Assembly (NCBI GenBank): GCA_049519355.1
Contig: JBEKQV010000001.1
Location: forward strand, 150,408 to 214,407
Source: Candidatus Microgenomates bacterium
Lineage (GTDB): Bacteria > Patescibacteriota > Microgenomatia > UBA8517
Direction: 5' to 3'
Length of the DNA stretch: 64,000 nucleotides
Part shown: in pieces, positions 35,155 to 46,778 of the stretch
Position numbering within the stretch: the first letter of the stretch is position 1
Layout: each line of letters starts with the position of its first letter
Position numbers and translations under genes: made by a program
The notes under the pieces: generated by a model
The model's database searches: none
What the model was told of the DNA's origin: nothing
Seen by the model: the letters and a program-made list of their open reading frames with translations, nothing else

Positions 35155-37326
35155 TTAATTGCCGCGGGCCATTGTAACTTTGCCGGCTTTAGCAACAACC
35201 GCTTCAGAAATATTTCTCGGTACTTCTTCATAGTGTGAAGGTTCCATGTAATAACTGGCACGGCCTTGAGTCAGGGATCTGAGCTTGGTGGCATATCCGG
35301 AAAGTTCGGAAAGAGGTGCCGTGGCATTAATGACGGTCATTAAACCTCTTTTTTCCGTTCCTGAAACTTGAGCACGCTTAGAAGAAAGGTCGCCTATTAC
35401 ATCTCCCATAAACTCGTCGGGGGTTGAAACCTCGACTTTCATGATAGGCTCAAGAAGAATCGGGTCGGAATGCCTAAAAGCGTCCTCCAATGCCATCGAA
35501 CCGGCAATCTTAAAGGCAATTTCTGAAGAATCAACTTCGTGATAACTTCCGTCATAGACAATTGCTCTCATATCAACCATCGGGAAACCGGCCAAGACTC
35601 CATTCTCCATTTTCTCTTTGATACCTTTTTCTATTGGAGAAATAAATTCATTAGGAATTGCTCCCCCCTTAATCTCACTCTTAAATTCAAATCCTTCACC
35701 ACGTCCCAGAGGTTCAAGCCGGATAAGACAATGTCCGTACTGTCCGCGGCCGCCGGTTTGACGAATATATTTTCCTTCACCGGAACCGATTTTCTTGACG
35801 GTTTCTTTGTAGGCAACCTGAGGGGCACCTGTAGTTGCCAAAACATTAAACTCGCGCTTCATTCTGTCGACCAATACTTCGAGTTGAAGTTCACCCATTC
35901 CAGAAATAATAGTTTGTCCTGTTTCAGGGTTTGATTTGATGCGGAAAGTCGGATCCTCATCGGAGAGCTTTCCTAAAGCCAGTCCCATCTTCTCCTGATC
36001 TGACTTTGTTGCAGGCTCGATTGCCAATGAAATAACAGGCTCCGGAAAGTTAATAGATTCAAGAACAATCGGGTGCCCTGGATCACATATAGTATTGCCT
36101 GTAGTTGTATCTTTAATTCCAACAACCGCCACAATTTCTCCGGCATAAGCAGTTTCGATCAATTCTCTTTGATCGGCATGGAGTAAAACCAGCTTTCCGA
36201 TTCTTTCGGTCTTTTGCACTGACGAGTTATAAACTTGCTGACCGGCGGAAAGAGTTCCTGAATAAATTCTGACATAAACAAGTCGTCCCACATGAGGATC
36301 GGTCATAACTTTAAAGGCCAGCCCTGCAAAAGGAGCCTCATTTTTCCTCTCACGGGTAGCTTTTTCGCCAGTTTTGGGATCGGTTCCTTCAACAGGAGGA
36401 AGGTCCAAAGGAGACGGCAGATATTCAACAACTCCGTCCAAAAGCAATTGGCTTTCGGCGGTTCTGTTGTCACCTCCAAAAATCGGGAAGAACTTACCGG
36501 CTATGACTCCCTTTCGAATTGCTCTTTTGAGAATTGGCTCATCAATTTCTTTTCCTTCCAAAAACATTGAAAGTGCCTCATCGTCAAATTCACAAGCTCG
36601 CTCCAGAAGTTCCTGACGGTACTTCTTGGCATTATCAAGAAATTCTGCAGGAATTTCCTCGACAGTCAAAGCGTGATCCTCAACTGCCTTATAAGTGAAG
36701 GCTTTCATTTTGATTAGATCAACAATTCCCCTATGTTCATGTTCAAGTCCGATTGGAATAATTACCGGGGCGGCATTAGCACCAAGGCGTTCGCGGATTG
36801 ATTTAATCGATCCTTCAAAATCGGCACCAATTAAATTCAATTTATTTAAAACACATATCCTCGGAACATTATATTTATCAGCCTGTCTCCAAACAGTTTC
36901 GGATTGACTTTCAACTCCGGTCCGACCGTCAAAAACCATCAAAGCCCCGTCTAAAACACGAAGAGAACGTTCAACTTCTGCGGTAAAATCAATGTGACCG
37001 GGTGTATCAATAATATTTATTCTGTAGTGGCCCGCCTCGACTGAAGAATTTTTCTTTAAATCCCAAAAAGTTGTGATGGCGGCGGAAACAATTGTAATTC
37101 CGCGCTCGCGCTCCTGGGCCATCCAGTCTGTGACGGTTGTTCCTTCGTCAACACTTCCCAGTTTGTAAGTGCGGCCGGTTTCGAAAAGAAGTCTTTCGGT
37201 AGTTGTGGTTTTGCCGGCATCAATATGGGCAATAATGCCGATATTTCGGATCTTTTCATAGGAAACATTACGGTCCTTTGTCGCCGTCATTACTATTGCC
37301 GCTTTTTTCTTTGCAACTTCTGCCAT
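35155..37326 (-). CDS. fusA: Elongation factor G
   Basis: AHIDAGKTT, DTPGHIDF and NKLN motifs, plus EF-G domains III-V. Confidence 0.97.
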   Translation of the reverse strand: MAEVAKKKAAIVMTATKDRNVSYEKIRNIGIIAHIDAGKTTTTERLLFETGRTYKLGSVDEGTTVTDWMAQERERGITIVSAAITTFWDLKKNSSVEAGHYRINIIDTPGHIDFTAEVERSLRVLDGALMVFDGRTGVESQSETVWRQADKYNVPRICVLNKLNLIGADFEGSIKSIRERLGANAAPVIIPIGLEHEHRGIVDLIKMKAFTYKAVEDHALTVEEIPAEFLDNAKKYRQELLERACEFDDEALSMFLEGKEIDEPILKRAIRKGVIAGKFFPIFGGDNRTAESQLLLDGVVEYLPSPLDLPPVEGTDPKTGEKATRERKNEAPFAGLAFKVMTDPHVGRLVYVRIYSGTLSAGQQVYNSSVQKTERIGKLVLLHADQRELIETAYAGEIVAVVGIKDTTTGNTICDPGHPIVLESINFPEPVISLAIEPATKSDQEKMGLALGKLSDEDPTFRIKSNPETGQTIISGMGELQLEVLVDRMKREFNVLATTGAPQVAYKETVKKIGSGEGKYIRQTGGRGQYGHCLIRLEPLGRGEGFEFKSEIKGGAIPNEFISPIEKGIKEKMENGVLAGFPMVDMRAIVYDGSYHEVDSSEIAFKIAGSMALEDAFRHSDPILLEPIMKVEVSTPDEFMGDVIGDLSSKRAQVSGTEKRGLMTVINATAPLSELSGYATKLRSLTQGRASYYMEPSHYEEVPRNISEAVVAKAGKVTMARGN

Positions 37327-37397
37327 ATTTTTATTCTAACAAAAATAAACTTCCTTTATTAGGAAGCAAGAGTGATTTTAGCAAAACTACTTGAGGA

Positions 37398-37877
37398 TTA
37401 CCACCTAAAGTGGGCGAAAGCTTTGTTGGCCTCAGCAACTCTCTCAACATCCAATCTTTTCTTTACGGACACACCTTCACCTTTGGCGGCATCCGTTATT
37501 TCCGCCGCAAGTTTCGCAGCATACGTATGAAAATCTGAATTGGATTTTGAATTGGCTGCAGCAACAAGCCATCTAATTGCTAAAGATTCACTTCTGACAC
37601 CACGTACGGGAGCCGGAACCTGATAGGCAGCACCTCCGATTCTTCGGGGCCTAACTTCCATTGTAGGCTTGATGTTTCCCAAAGCCTGATTGAAAACTTT
37701 CAACGGATCTCCGCCGGATTTTTCTTTAATTATGTCAAAAGCTTCATAGATTTCGCGTCTTGCGGCATTTTTCTTGCCATCGCGCATACTCCTATTGATA
37801 AGCTTCGTAACTAAACGGCTCCCATAGACGGGATCCGGTTCTAAAATGTTTGGTTTAATCGTTCCTTTTCTTGCCAT
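37398..37877 (-). CDS. rpsG: 30S ribosomal protein S7
   Basis: MARKGTIKPNILEPDPVYGSRLVTKLINRSM... The upstream in-frame extension (MPVGNQ...) is unlikely because it would overlap rpsL. Confidence 0.9.
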   Translation of the reverse strand: MARKGTIKPNILEPDPVYGSRLVTKLINRSMRDGKKNAARREIYEAFDIIKEKSGGDPLKVFNQALGNIKPTMEVRPRRIGGAAYQVPAPVRGVRSESLAIRWLVAAANSKSNSDFHTYAAKLAAEITDAAKGEGVSVKKRLDVERVAEANKAFAHFRW

Positions 37878-37887
37878 AAATAAATTT

Positions 37888-38340
37888 CTAAGCTGCAGCT
37901 GCGGGGGCTTTAGGAGCAGGTTTTGCTCCGCCCTGTCCCTTTTTCGCTCCATATCTACTTCTTCCTGATTGCCTACCGGCAACTCCGGTTGTGTCGTATT
38001 TACCTCTAACGATATGATACTTTACTCCTGGAAGATCCTTAACACGTCCACCCCTGACCATAACGATTGAATGCTCCGCAAGTTCGTGGCCTTCTCCCGG
38101 AATGTAAGCCGTAATTTCCTGCTTATTCGATAAACGAACCCTTGCAACCTTCCTGAGAGCCGAGTTCGGTTTTTTCGGAGTCATTGTACGGACCGCTAAA
38201 ACTACCCCTCTTTTGAAAGAAGAGTGACTTTCGGAAAATTTACGATCCTTGGCATTAAACCATCTCTTTAGAGCTGTTGTTTTCGTTTTCTTAACAATCC
38301 TTTTTCTACCTTTTCTTGTAAGTTGGTTTATTGTCGGCAT
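37888..38340 (-). CDS. rpsL: 30S ribosomal protein S12 with Ala/Lys-rich C-terminal tail
   Basis: [13 protein letters not shown]... with [18 protein letters not shown]. Tail [20 protein letters not shown]. Confidence 0.95.
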   Translation of the reverse strand: MPTINQLTRKGRKRIVKKTKTTALKRWFNAKDRKFSESHSSFKRGVVLAVRTMTPKKPNSALRKVARVRLSNKQEITAYIPGEGHELAEHSIVMVRGGRVKDLPGVKYHIVRGKYDTTGVAGRQSGRSRYGAKKGQGGAKPAPKAPAAAA

Positions 38341-38341
38341 A

Positions 38342-41300
38342 TTATAATCCTTGTGGCATAGCTGCTCTTTCCGGAGAAACCGGAATCAGTCTTCCGATAA
38401 TAACATTCTCTTTAAGTCCTACAAGCCTATCCTCACGTCCCAAAAGAGAGGCTTCCGTCAAAACGTCCGTGGTTTGCTCAAATGACGCTGCGGAAAGCCA
38501 GCTGTCGGTGTAAAGCGCACGCCTGGTTATTCCAAGTACGACTTGCTGTGCAGAAGCGGGTTCGCCTCCGGCCGCCAATACTTTATCATTTTCTTCTTCA
38601 AAACTGACTCGGCTGGCAAGCTCTCCCGGCAAGAACGGAGTATCACCCGTTGTCACAATTCTAACCTCGTCGCTCATCTTCCTAACAATCACTTCAACAT
38701 GCCTATCGTTAATCGGAATTCCCTGAGATTCATAAACTTTCTGAATCTCGTTGACCATATATTCCTGAGCGGCTCTCAAACCTTTTATGGAAAGGATATC
38801 TTTAACATCCAAGGCCCCTTTTGCGAGAGATTCACCCGCTTCAACCGTCTTTCCGTCCTCAACTGCAAGCTCAAGAGTCTTTGGAATAATATATTCCCTT
38901 TCCTCTTTTGGAGTTCCCTTTGAAGTAACTGTTACCTTCCAACCCTCATCTGTCTCGACAATATTGGCCTTACCGGTAATTTCGGAGAGGGCCGAAACAA
39001 CCTTAGGAAGTCTGGCCTCAACAAGCTCTTCAACTCTCGGCAAACCTTGAGTAACGTCGACTCCGATTACACCGGCAGCATGTTTTGTTCTGAGCGTAAG
39101 CTGGGTACCTGGTTCTCCGATGGACTGGGCTGCAACGACTCCGACCGGCATTCCAACTTCAACCAAAGCTTTTGTTCCCAAATCCCATCCGTAACACTTT
39201 ACACACATGCCGTATCTTGCCCTGCAGGATAGAGGAGATCTAATAATTACGGAGATTACACCCTCTTCGTCAATTTTCTTGGCCATTGCTTCGTCAATCA
39301 ACTCTCCCGCAACAACCAAAACTTTCTTGCCCTTCGGGGAAATAACATCTTTGGCCGCAAATCTTCCCATAATTCTTTGGGCGAATACCTGGGGCCTGGT
39401 CTCCTTCTTAATTTCATAACCTTCCTTTGTTCCGCAATCGTCGAGTCTGATTATTACATCATGAGCAACATCAACAAGCCTTCGGGTTAAGTAACCCGCA
39501 TCTGCAGTTTTAATAGCGGTATCGGTTAAACCCTTTCTGGAACCGCGGGATGAAGTTACGTACTCAAAGACCGAAAGGCCTTCTCTAAAGTTGGACTTGA
39601 TAGGCAGCTCGACAATCTTTCCAAGAGGGTCAACAACAAGACCGCGGATTGCGGCGAGCTGTTTAACCTGATCCCTTGAGGCACGGCCAACTTTTGCATC
39701 AATGACGACACGGATCGGGTTTGTTACCTCCATTTCATTCCAGGTTTTATCGGCCAAGTCTTCTGATACTTCAATCCAAACTTCCTGTGTAAGACGCCTT
39801 TTTTCTTCGGCCGTAATAAGACCTTGATTAAAGTTATCCTCAATCTCGGAAACTCTAGCATCAGCCTCTTCCAAGACTTTAGCTTTGCCGGGATAAACTT
39901 TTGCATCAAAAATTCCGAATGAAATTCCGGAGAGTGTTCCGCCGAAAAATCCTAAATCTTTAACATCATCAACAAGCTGGACTACTCTTTCTTTTGAAAC
40001 TGTGGCATAGGCTTTGACAAAGAGGGATTTAATAACCGAAGATGTTATAGCTTCGTTAATAAAATCAAAGTTTTCCGGCAAAACTTCATTGAAAAGAAGT
40101 CTTCCCACGGTTGTATCGATAATTGTCTTACCCAATCTGACTTGAATCTTCTGCCTAATTTGGACATTCCCTGCCTGATAGGCAAAGATTGCCTCTTCTT
40201 TATCGGCAAATATAGTTGGGAAAGCACTAAGCCTCGTGTCTTCTGCCGTCAAATAATATGCACCAAGTGCGATTTCCTTACTCGAAGGAGTTGCGGCAGG
40301 ACTTCCGTCGCTAGGTTTAAGCAAATTGTATGTCGGAAGCATCAGTGTCTTTGCCTCTTCAACGGCTTTTTCGGAGAGAGGAACATGAACTGCCATTTGA
40401 TCGCCGTCAAAATCGGCGTTAAACCCTGAACAAACCGCCGGATGAAGTCTGATTGCGCTTCCTTCAATAAGAACCGGGTAGAAGGCCTGAATTGAAAGTT
40501 TGTGCAAGGTCGGCGCACGGTTCAGGAGAACCGGATGATCTTTGGTAATTTCTTCCAAAATATCAAATACCTCTGGAGGTCTTCTATCAAGCATGTTCTT
40601 GGCACTTTTTACATTGGGAGCAATCCCACGGGCAATCATTTCTCTCAAAACAAACGGCTTAAACATTTCCAGTGCCATATCCTTTGGAAGTCCGCATTGG
40701 GTAAGTTTAAGCTCAGGTCCAACGATAATAACGCTTCTTCCCGAATAATCGACACGTTTACCGAGTAAGTTTTGTCTAAACCTTCCTTGTTTTCCACGGA
40801 GCATGTCGCTTAGCGATCTGAGAGGCTGCCTTCCGCGACTTTTTCTGGTAGCTTTTCTTTGGGATGCGTCGATCAAAGAATCAACCGCTTCCTGAAGCAT
40901 TCTTTTTTCGTTGCGGAGGATTATTTCAGGTGCACCCAGGGAAATCAAATGCTTTAAACGGTTATTTCTGTTGATGACTCTTCTATATAGGTCATTCAAA
41001 TCACTAGTGGCAAAACGCCCGCCGGAAAGCTGAACCATGGGACGCAAGTCCGGAGGAAGAACGGGTAAAACCCGGAGAATCATCCAAGCGGGGTTCACTT
41101 TCGCCCTTCTAAGTCCATCTATCAGCTTCAATCTTTTAACAAGTTTGACGTATTTCGTACTTCCTCCCTTAATTGTGCCAATTTCTTCTCTTAGGGACTT
41201 GGAAACTTCTTCAAGATTAACTTTCTCGATGGCGGATAGAACAGCATCGGCTCCCATTTTTGCGGTGAAGAACTCTCCCGCCTCGTGTTCATAAAGTTCA

Positions 41301-42064
41301 TCGTATTCTTCTTCACTCAAAATGCTAAGCGTATGCAGGCTCTTGGCAACAGTTATAAGGTTGTCAAAAAGCTCGTTGGTTTTATTTACCGTAGACTTTT
41401 CCTCTTCCCCGATAGCAGCTTCTTTCTTCCTAAGGTTGAGTTCTATTTCGGCCATGGCCAAAGAGGCCTGCTCTTTATTCTTGATTTTAGCCGTAACTTT
41501 TTCCTTTGCTTCTTTTTCCTCCAATTTCAAGGCGTCACGGCGGGACTTAAAACTGTCGGCTACTTCGTTCAAACCATCCTCTTTTGCCTTCTGAATGTTT
41601 TTGAGAGCGTCTTTTTTCTTCTCAGCATCCACTTCCGTAACAAGATACCTGGCAAAATAAATTACCTGTTCAATCCCCCTTGGAGGAACACCAAGTAAAA
41701 GTGAGATCTTTGAAGGAGCTCCTTTAAAGAACCAGACATGGGCTGTCGGAGTTGCAAGGGTAATATGACCCATACGCTCACGCCTAACTCTGCTTTGTGT
41801 GACCTCAACACCACATTTGTCACAAATTACCCCCTTATATCTGATTCTCTTGTATTTTCCACAGTAGCATTCCCAATCTTTAGTAGGACCGAAAATTCTT
41901 TCGTCGAAAAGACCGTCTTTCTCCGGTTTGAGAGTTCTATAATTGATCGTCTCCGGTTTGGTTATTTCTCCACGGCTCCAGGCACGGATTTCCTCCGGTG
42001 ATGCAAACTTAACAAGTAAGCTCTTAAAGTCAGTTAAATTTTTTAGATCTGCTAATTGTTCCAT
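38342..42064 (-). CDS. rpoC: DNA-directed RNA polymerase subunit beta-prime
   Basis: 1240 aa with the zinc finger [20 protein letters not shown] and the NADFDGD catalytic motif. Confidence 0.97.
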   Translation of the reverse strand: MEQLADLKNLTDFKSLLVKFASPEEIRAWSRGEITKPETINYRTLKPEKDGLFDERIFGPTKDWECYCGKYKRIRYKGVICDKCGVEVTQSRVRRERMGHITLATPTAHVWFFKGAPSKISLLLGVPPRGIEQVIYFARYLVTEVDAEKKKDALKNIQKAKEDGLNEVADSFKSRRDALKLEEKEAKEKVTAKIKNKEQASLAMAEIELNLRKKEAAIGEEEKSTVNKTNELFDNLITVAKSLHTLSILSEEEYDELYEHEAGEFFTAKMGADAVLSAIEKVNLEEVSKSLREEIGTIKGGSTKYVKLVKRLKLIDGLRRAKVNPAWMILRVLPVLPPDLRPMVQLSGGRFATSDLNDLYRRVINRNNRLKHLISLGAPEIILRNEKRMLQEAVDSLIDASQRKATRKSRGRQPLRSLSDMLRGKQGRFRQNLLGKRVDYSGRSVIIVGPELKLTQCGLPKDMALEMFKPFVLREMIARGIAPNVKSAKNMLDRRPPEVFDILEEITKDHPVLLNRAPTLHKLSIQAFYPVLIEGSAIRLHPAVCSGFNADFDGDQMAVHVPLSEKAVEEAKTLMLPTYNLLKPSDGSPAATPSSKEIALGAYYLTAEDTRLSAFPTIFADKEEAIFAYQAGNVQIRQKIQVRLGKTIIDTTVGRLLFNEVLPENFDFINEAITSSVIKSLFVKAYATVSKERVVQLVDDVKDLGFFGGTLSGISFGIFDAKVYPGKAKVLEEADARVSEIEDNFNQGLITAEEKRRLTQEVWIEVSEDLADKTWNEMEVTNPIRVVIDAKVGRASRDQVKQLAAIRGLVVDPLGKIVELPIKSNFREGLSVFEYVTSSRGSRKGLTDTAIKTADAGYLTRRLVDVAHDVIIRLDDCGTKEGYEIKKETRPQVFAQRIMGRFAAKDVISPKGKKVLVVAGELIDEAMAKKIDEEGVISVIIRSPLSCRARYGMCVKCYGWDLGTKALVEVGMPVGVVAAQSIGEPGTQLTLRTKHAAGVIGVDVTQGLPRVEELVEARLPKVVSALSEITGKANIVETDEGWKVTVTSKGTPKEEREYIIPKTLELAVEDGKTVEAGESLAKGALDVKDILSIKGLRAAQEYMVNEIQKVYESQGIPINDRHVEVIVRKMSDEVRIVTTGDTPFLPGELASRVSFEEENDKVLAAGGEPASAQQVVLGITRRALYTDSWLSAASFEQTTDVLTEASLLGREDRLVGLKENVIIGRLIPVSPERAAMPQGL

Positions 42065-42076
42065 AATTTTAGGATT

Positions 42077-45000
42077 TTAACTCACAACCTCGGTAACCTC
42101 CATGGGTCCTTTGTCTGCAGTCAGCTCTTCCGTTGCAACCACCTCGGCTCCGGCAGCCTTGGCCAACTCCGCTCCCTCGGCCTCGTCCGTCACATCAGGC
42201 TGAGCTAAACTTACACCTTTGGGTTCAATTGCAAGCCCAAGAGAGTTAAGTTCTCTAACCAGAACCTTAAACGATTCCGGAATTGTTGCCTCTGGAATGT
42301 CAACCCCTTTAACAATGGCCTCAAATGCCTTAGCACGGCCGAGTACATCATCGCTTTTAATGGTCAGCATTTCCTGTAAAGTGTGACTGGCGCGATGAGA
42401 CTCAAGTGCCCAGACCTCCATTTCCCCGAGTCTTTGACCTCCCATTTGAGCTTTTCCTCCGAGCGGCTGTTGAGTAACCAAAGAGTATGGACCGGTTGAG
42501 CGGGCATGAGTCTTGTCCTCGACCATGTGGATTAGCTTCATGATGTAACTAATTCCTACCACTGTTTCTTCTTGAAAGGCTTCTCCTGTTCTGCCGTCAT
42601 AGAGTCTGGTCTTACCCGTCACCGGGAGTCCTGCATCTTTGAGCTCTTTTGCTATGGTATCGGCTCCGATTTTATCAAAAACCGGAAGTGCACCTTTTTC
42701 ACCTTTAGCCTGTAATGCCCAACCCAAGTGTGCCTCCATGAGTTGTCCAAGATTCATACGGGAAATAACGGATAGAGGAGAGATTAAGATATCCACCGGG
42801 GTTCCGTCTTCCATATAAGGCATATCGGAAACAGGCAAAATCTTGGCAACAACCCCTTTATTTCCATGGCGTCCCGCAACTTTGTCTCCAACTGTAATTT
42901 TTCTGATCTGGGCAACTCTTACTACCACTTTCTTTATTACTCCCGGACCAAGCTCATCACCCTTATCCCTATCCAAAATTTGGACATCAACAACAATTCC
43001 ACGCTCACCGTGTGGAATTCTGAGAGAAGTATCGCGAACTTCGCGCGCCTTCTCACCAAAAATAGCTCTCAAAAGTCTTTCTTCTGAGGTTAGTTCCGTC
43101 TCGCCTTTGGGAGCAATCTTTCCGACTAAAATATCATTGGGTCCGACCTCGGCCCCAATCATCACAATTCCGTCACCTGCCAAGTTAGCAAGCTCGGCCT
43201 CGGAAACATTGGGAATATCGTTTGTAATCTCTTCCGGCCCGAGTTTGGTATCAACCACCTCTGCTTCGTACTCTTCGATATGAATTGAGGTCAAAAGATC
43301 ATCCTTAACCAACCTGTGCGAGATAAGAATCGCATCTTCAAATCCGTAGCCTCCAAAGCTCGCATACGCAATTACCAAATTGCGTCCCAAACCAAGCTCG
43401 CCATCCTGACTTGCCGGGCCGTCAACCAAAAGATCTCCCACAGCCACTTTTTGTCCCGGGGAAACCCTGGTTATCTGGTTATAGCAGGTCGAATGGGCGG
43501 TACGCTTAAACTTGGTAAGATAATAAGCTTCCTTCTTACCGTCATCCATTAACTCCCTGTCTTCAATTTTTGCAGCTTCCTCTTCCTCAGGCGCTTTTTT
43601 GTCAAGTTTGATAACCACTTTATCACTATCTACATAGTCGACTACTCCTGCGTGTTTTGCACGTATCACTCTTTGCATTCCTGAAGAAATTACTCCCTCC
43701 ATCCCGGTACCGACTATTGGGGATTCGGGATTTACCAGTGGAACCGCCTGACATTGCATATTGCTTCCCATCAAGGCTCTATTTCCCTCATCATGTGCCA
43801 GGAAAGGAATCAATGAGGCTGAAGCTCCGATTACTTCTCTGGGCGTAATATCAATGTATTCAACAAGGTTGGCGGCACCTTCGATAAACTTACCCCTGTA
43901 TCTGAGAGGCACACGCTTGTCGGTTATAAATCCTTCGGCATCAACATTAACTCCGGAATGGGTAATATAATGGTCTTCCTCATCATCCGCAGTAAGATAA
44001 ATCACTTCTTCCGTCACTCGGGCTTTCTTTCCAACTTTTTCAACTTTTCTGTATGGAGCCTCAATAAATCCGAATTCATCAACTTTAGCGTAAAGAGCAA
44101 GGTAAGTAACAAGTCCGATATTTGGTCCTTCAGGGGATCTAACAGGATCAATTCTTCCGTATTGGGAAGCATTAACATCGCGGATGGAGAAGCTGGCCCT
44201 TTCCCGGTTAATTCCACCGGTTCCAAGCACTGAAACTCTACGGAGGTTGTCTACTTCACTTAAAGGATTTGTATCGTCAAGAATTGTTGAAAGTTGGTTT
44301 GACCTGAAAAACTCGTTCAAGGACGCGATTAACGGGCGGGCATTAATAAGAGTTGCCGGAAGCGGTTTGTCATCGGGGGATATTAGGCTCATTTTTTCCT
44401 TAACACTCCTTTCGAGTCTAAGAAGACCAACTCTAAAAGCGTTGACCGCCACTAGTTCCCCAACCCTTCTAAGCCTGCGGTTACTTAGATGATCAATGTC
44501 GTCAAGTTTGCCATTTCCGCCTTGCAAACCAATTAAATACGTAACTGCAGCAACCGAATCCTGTTTTGTCAAAACCCAGGTACTTTTCTCGTTAGGAAGA
44601 TTAACCCCCAGACGCTTGTTTATTTTGAATCTGCCGACCTTGCCCAAATCGTACCGCCTGCCGTCTGTAAACAAACTCGCAAAAAGGGCTTCCGCATTCT
44701 CAAGAACTGCAGGCTCTCCCGGCCTCATTTTTCTATAAATTTCGATCAGTGCTTCCTCTTGCGTCTTTGTCGAGTCTTTGGCTAGAGTTGCCGCAATATA
44801 TTTATGGTCCGGGTTTTTGTCGACCGCGGCAAACGCAGCTGAAATTTCCTGATCAGATTCCATTCCCATCGCTCTAAGGAATGTGGTTGCTAATACTTTT
44901 CTGCGCCTGTCAATTCTGGCGTAGATAAGGTCTGCCCTGGTTATTTCAAATTCCAACCAGCTTCCGTGAAGAGGACGAATTTCTGCTTTATACAAAACTC

Positions 45001-45451
45001 TTCCGCTTGAAGGATCAAGTTCTCCTGAAAAATAAGCGCCTGGGGAACGGACGATCTGATTTATAACTGCTCTTTCAATCCCGTTTATAACAAAAGTCCC
45101 CGAAGTCGTCATCTGAGGAATATCTCCCAAAAAAACGTCCTGAGTAACTTCCTGGCCGGTTCTTTTATTCACTAGTGTTGCTCTGATTTTGAGGGGAGAT
45201 GAATATGTAATTCCTTTTTTCTGAGCTATTCTTGGGGAAATTGTAGGAGCGCCTAAGGAGTGATCACCGAGGGTTAATTGCCAATTTTTTCCTGTAAAAT
45301 CATCAATTGGAGAAATTGCAATGAGTTCTTCCTTAATTCCTTCTCCCAGAAACCACTGCCAACTTTCTCTTTGAACCTGACTCAAATTAATTTCGGGTAA
45401 ATTTTTTTCTTCCTTCCCAAAATTTCTGCGAGATAATTTCTTGGATGTCAT
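42077..45451 (-). CDS. rpoB: DNA-directed RNA polymerase subunit beta
   Basis: 1124 aa with conserved beta-subunit blocks (...GDKVAGRHGNKGVV...). Confidence 0.97.
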   Translation of the reverse strand: MTSKKLSRRNFGKEEKNLPEINLSQVQRESWQWFLGEGIKEELIAISPIDDFTGKNWQLTLGDHSLGAPTISPRIAQKKGITYSSPLKIRATLVNKRTGQEVTQDVFLGDIPQMTTSGTFVINGIERAVINQIVRSPGAYFSGELDPSSGRVLYKAEIRPLHGSWLEFEITRADLIYARIDRRRKVLATTFLRAMGMESDQEISAAFAAVDKNPDHKYIAATLAKDSTKTQEEALIEIYRKMRPGEPAVLENAEALFASLFTDGRRYDLGKVGRFKINKRLGVNLPNEKSTWVLTKQDSVAAVTYLIGLQGGNGKLDDIDHLSNRRLRRVGELVAVNAFRVGLLRLERSVKEKMSLISPDDKPLPATLINARPLIASLNEFFRSNQLSTILDDTNPLSEVDNLRRVSVLGTGGINRERASFSIRDVNASQYGRIDPVRSPEGPNIGLVTYLALYAKVDEFGFIEAPYRKVEKVGKKARVTEEVIYLTADDEEDHYITHSGVNVDAEGFITDKRVPLRYRGKFIEGAANLVEYIDITPREVIGASASLIPFLAHDEGNRALMGSNMQCQAVPLVNPESPIVGTGMEGVISSGMQRVIRAKHAGVVDYVDSDKVVIKLDKKAPEEEEAAKIEDRELMDDGKKEAYYLTKFKRTAHSTCYNQITRVSPGQKVAVGDLLVDGPASQDGELGLGRNLVIAYASFGGYGFEDAILISHRLVKDDLLTSIHIEEYEAEVVDTKLGPEEITNDIPNVSEAELANLAGDGIVMIGAEVGPNDILVGKIAPKGETELTSEERLLRAIFGEKAREVRDTSLRIPHGERGIVVDVQILDRDKGDELGPGVIKKVVVRVAQIRKITVGDKVAGRHGNKGVVAKILPVSDMPYMEDGTPVDILISPLSVISRMNLGQLMEAHLGWALQAKGEKGALPVFDKIGADTIAKELKDAGLPVTGKTRLYDGRTGEAFQEETVVGISYIMKLIHMVEDKTHARSTGPYSLVTQQPLGGKAQMGGQRLGEMEVWALESHRASHTLQEMLTIKSDDVLGRAKAFEAIVKGVDIPEATIPESFKVLVRELNSLGLAIEPKGVSLAQPDVTDEAEGAELAKAAGAEVVATEELTADKGPMEVTEVVS

Positions 45452-45533
45452 TAGTTTTTTAGTGGCCTGAGAACACTAAATGCCCGCCTCAAGAAGCGGG
45501 ACGAGCGTACCATTCATGTACGCCTAAGGAAGC

Positions 45534-45561
45534 ATTATATAGTTTGAACCCATCTTGTCAA
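45534..45561 (-). promoter_or_regulatory. Consensus sigma-70 promoter TTGACA-16-TATAAT upstream of rpoB, with a structured leader
   Basis: Minus strand reads TTGACAagatgggttcaaactaTATAAT. The leader carries the hairpins GCGTAC-atgaatg-GTACGC and CCCGCT-tcttga-GGCGGG before the rpoB ATG. Confidence 0.6.
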
Positions 45562-45578
45562 CACCCAAATTCTCAAAA

Positions 45579-46532
45579 TTACTTGCCTAAATATTTTGCA
45601 ATATTGGCATTCTGCTCTTCAAGAGTTTTCGCGTAGTGAATCTGACCTGAAGGGTCATGAATATAATATAAATAGTCAGTTTGAGCTGGGTTAAAAGCGG
45701 CATTAAGTGAGGATAATCCGGAGTTTGCAATCGGAGCGGGGGGAAGACCCTGATTTAGGTAGGTATTGTAGGGGGATTTAACTTTCAGATCCTCCAAAGT
45801 CAAAATCGGCCACCAGTCACTTGAGGTCCCAACTGCATATTGTACCGAGGCATCAACTTGCAAGGGCATTCCCAAATTAATTCTATTTATTATTATTCCT
45901 GCGACGATCGGACGCTCCGTGTCGGTTTTAGTTTCCCTTTCCAACATAGATGCCAGTATCACCGACTGGGCAAACGTCAGGTTTGAGCCGTGGGGAGTTA
46001 AGCCTTGAGTCTTGGTGGCAAAAGTGTCCGTCATTTTTTTAACTATAGCGGCGGGGGATGCATCCATTGGAAAAAGATAAGTATCGGGGAAAAGATATCC
46101 TTCATCCCCTTTTGAATCCTGCAAAAATTCATTTGCAAATGCACTATCCCTATCGAGTCCTATTTCAAACTTTGCAGCAATTTCTTCCCGCCTAAGTCCT
46201 TCCGGAATTGTAACCCAAAGCTCAACCGGTCCTTTGGATAGAGTGTCCACCATTTGGAATAGGGAAAAAGAAGGGGTTAACCTGAACTCTCCCGGTTCGA
46301 GCTTCGCAGTCTGGCCGGTAAAGCGGATATAAAGTTTAAAAGCAAGGGCGCTTTTAATAAATCCGGAGCTCTGCAGTTTATCACCAATTACCGAAACCGA
46401 GGAACCTTTATTTATTACAAAGTAACTAAAATTGGCGGTACCGGAAACAGGCAAAGCATTCAGATAAAACCAGACAGCTGCAGCTACCACCACAACCATC
46501 GCCAAAAGTGGTAGAAAAAGTAATTTCTTCAT
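45579..46532 (-). CDS. mltG: Endolytic murein transglycosylase MltG (YceG family)
   Basis: N-terminal TM helix, then a YceG-like domain (...GEFRLTPSFSLFQMVDTLSKG...YLFPDTYLF...). Confidence 0.8.
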   Translation of the reverse strand: MKKLLFLPLLAMVVVVAAAVWFYLNALPVSGTANFSYFVINKGSSVSVIGDKLQSSGFIKSALAFKLYIRFTGQTAKLEPGEFRLTPSFSLFQMVDTLSKGPVELWVTIPEGLRREEIAAKFEIGLDRDSAFANEFLQDSKGDEGYLFPDTYLFPMDASPAAIVKKMTDTFATKTQGLTPHGSNLTFAQSVILASMLERETKTDTERPIVAGIIINRINLGMPLQVDASVQYAVGTSSDWWPILTLEDLKVKSPYNTYLNQGLPPAPIANSGLSSLNAAFNPAQTDYLYYIHDPSGQIHYAKTLEEQNANIAKYLGK

Positions 46533-46542
46533 AGGAACTTAG

Positions 46543-46740
46543 CTAAACTTCTTCAAGAAGGGCTCGCCTGTACTTTCCTGTTTTGGGGTCGTGGATAAAA
46601 ATCCTTCCGCACTTGCATGTAACCTGCTCACCGTACTGGGTTTTTTTCTTTTTTCCTTCGGAAAGTTCGGTTCCACAACCAACACAACGCCCTTGAGAAA
46701 GGAGCCAAGCCTGCATCGGTGCGATTACACTCTTAAACAT
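46543..46740 (-). CDS. Small zinc-ribbon hypothetical protein (65 aa)
   Basis: CVGCGTEL...CKCGRIF with two Cys pairs. Confidence 0.5.
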   Translation of the reverse strand: MFKSVIAPMQAWLLSQGRCVGCGTELSEGKKKKTQYGEQVTCKCGRIFIHDPKTGKYRRALLEEV

Positions 46741-46778
46741 AGCTACTTAGAGTATAGCATGGAAACCCCGGAGTCAAA

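Noticed and set aside
38331-45451. Numerous 60-160 aa ORFs antisense or out of frame within rpoB, rpoC, fusA, tuf and ftsK
   Set aside because: Typical shadow ORFs inside long, highly conserved genes, without starts or SDs.
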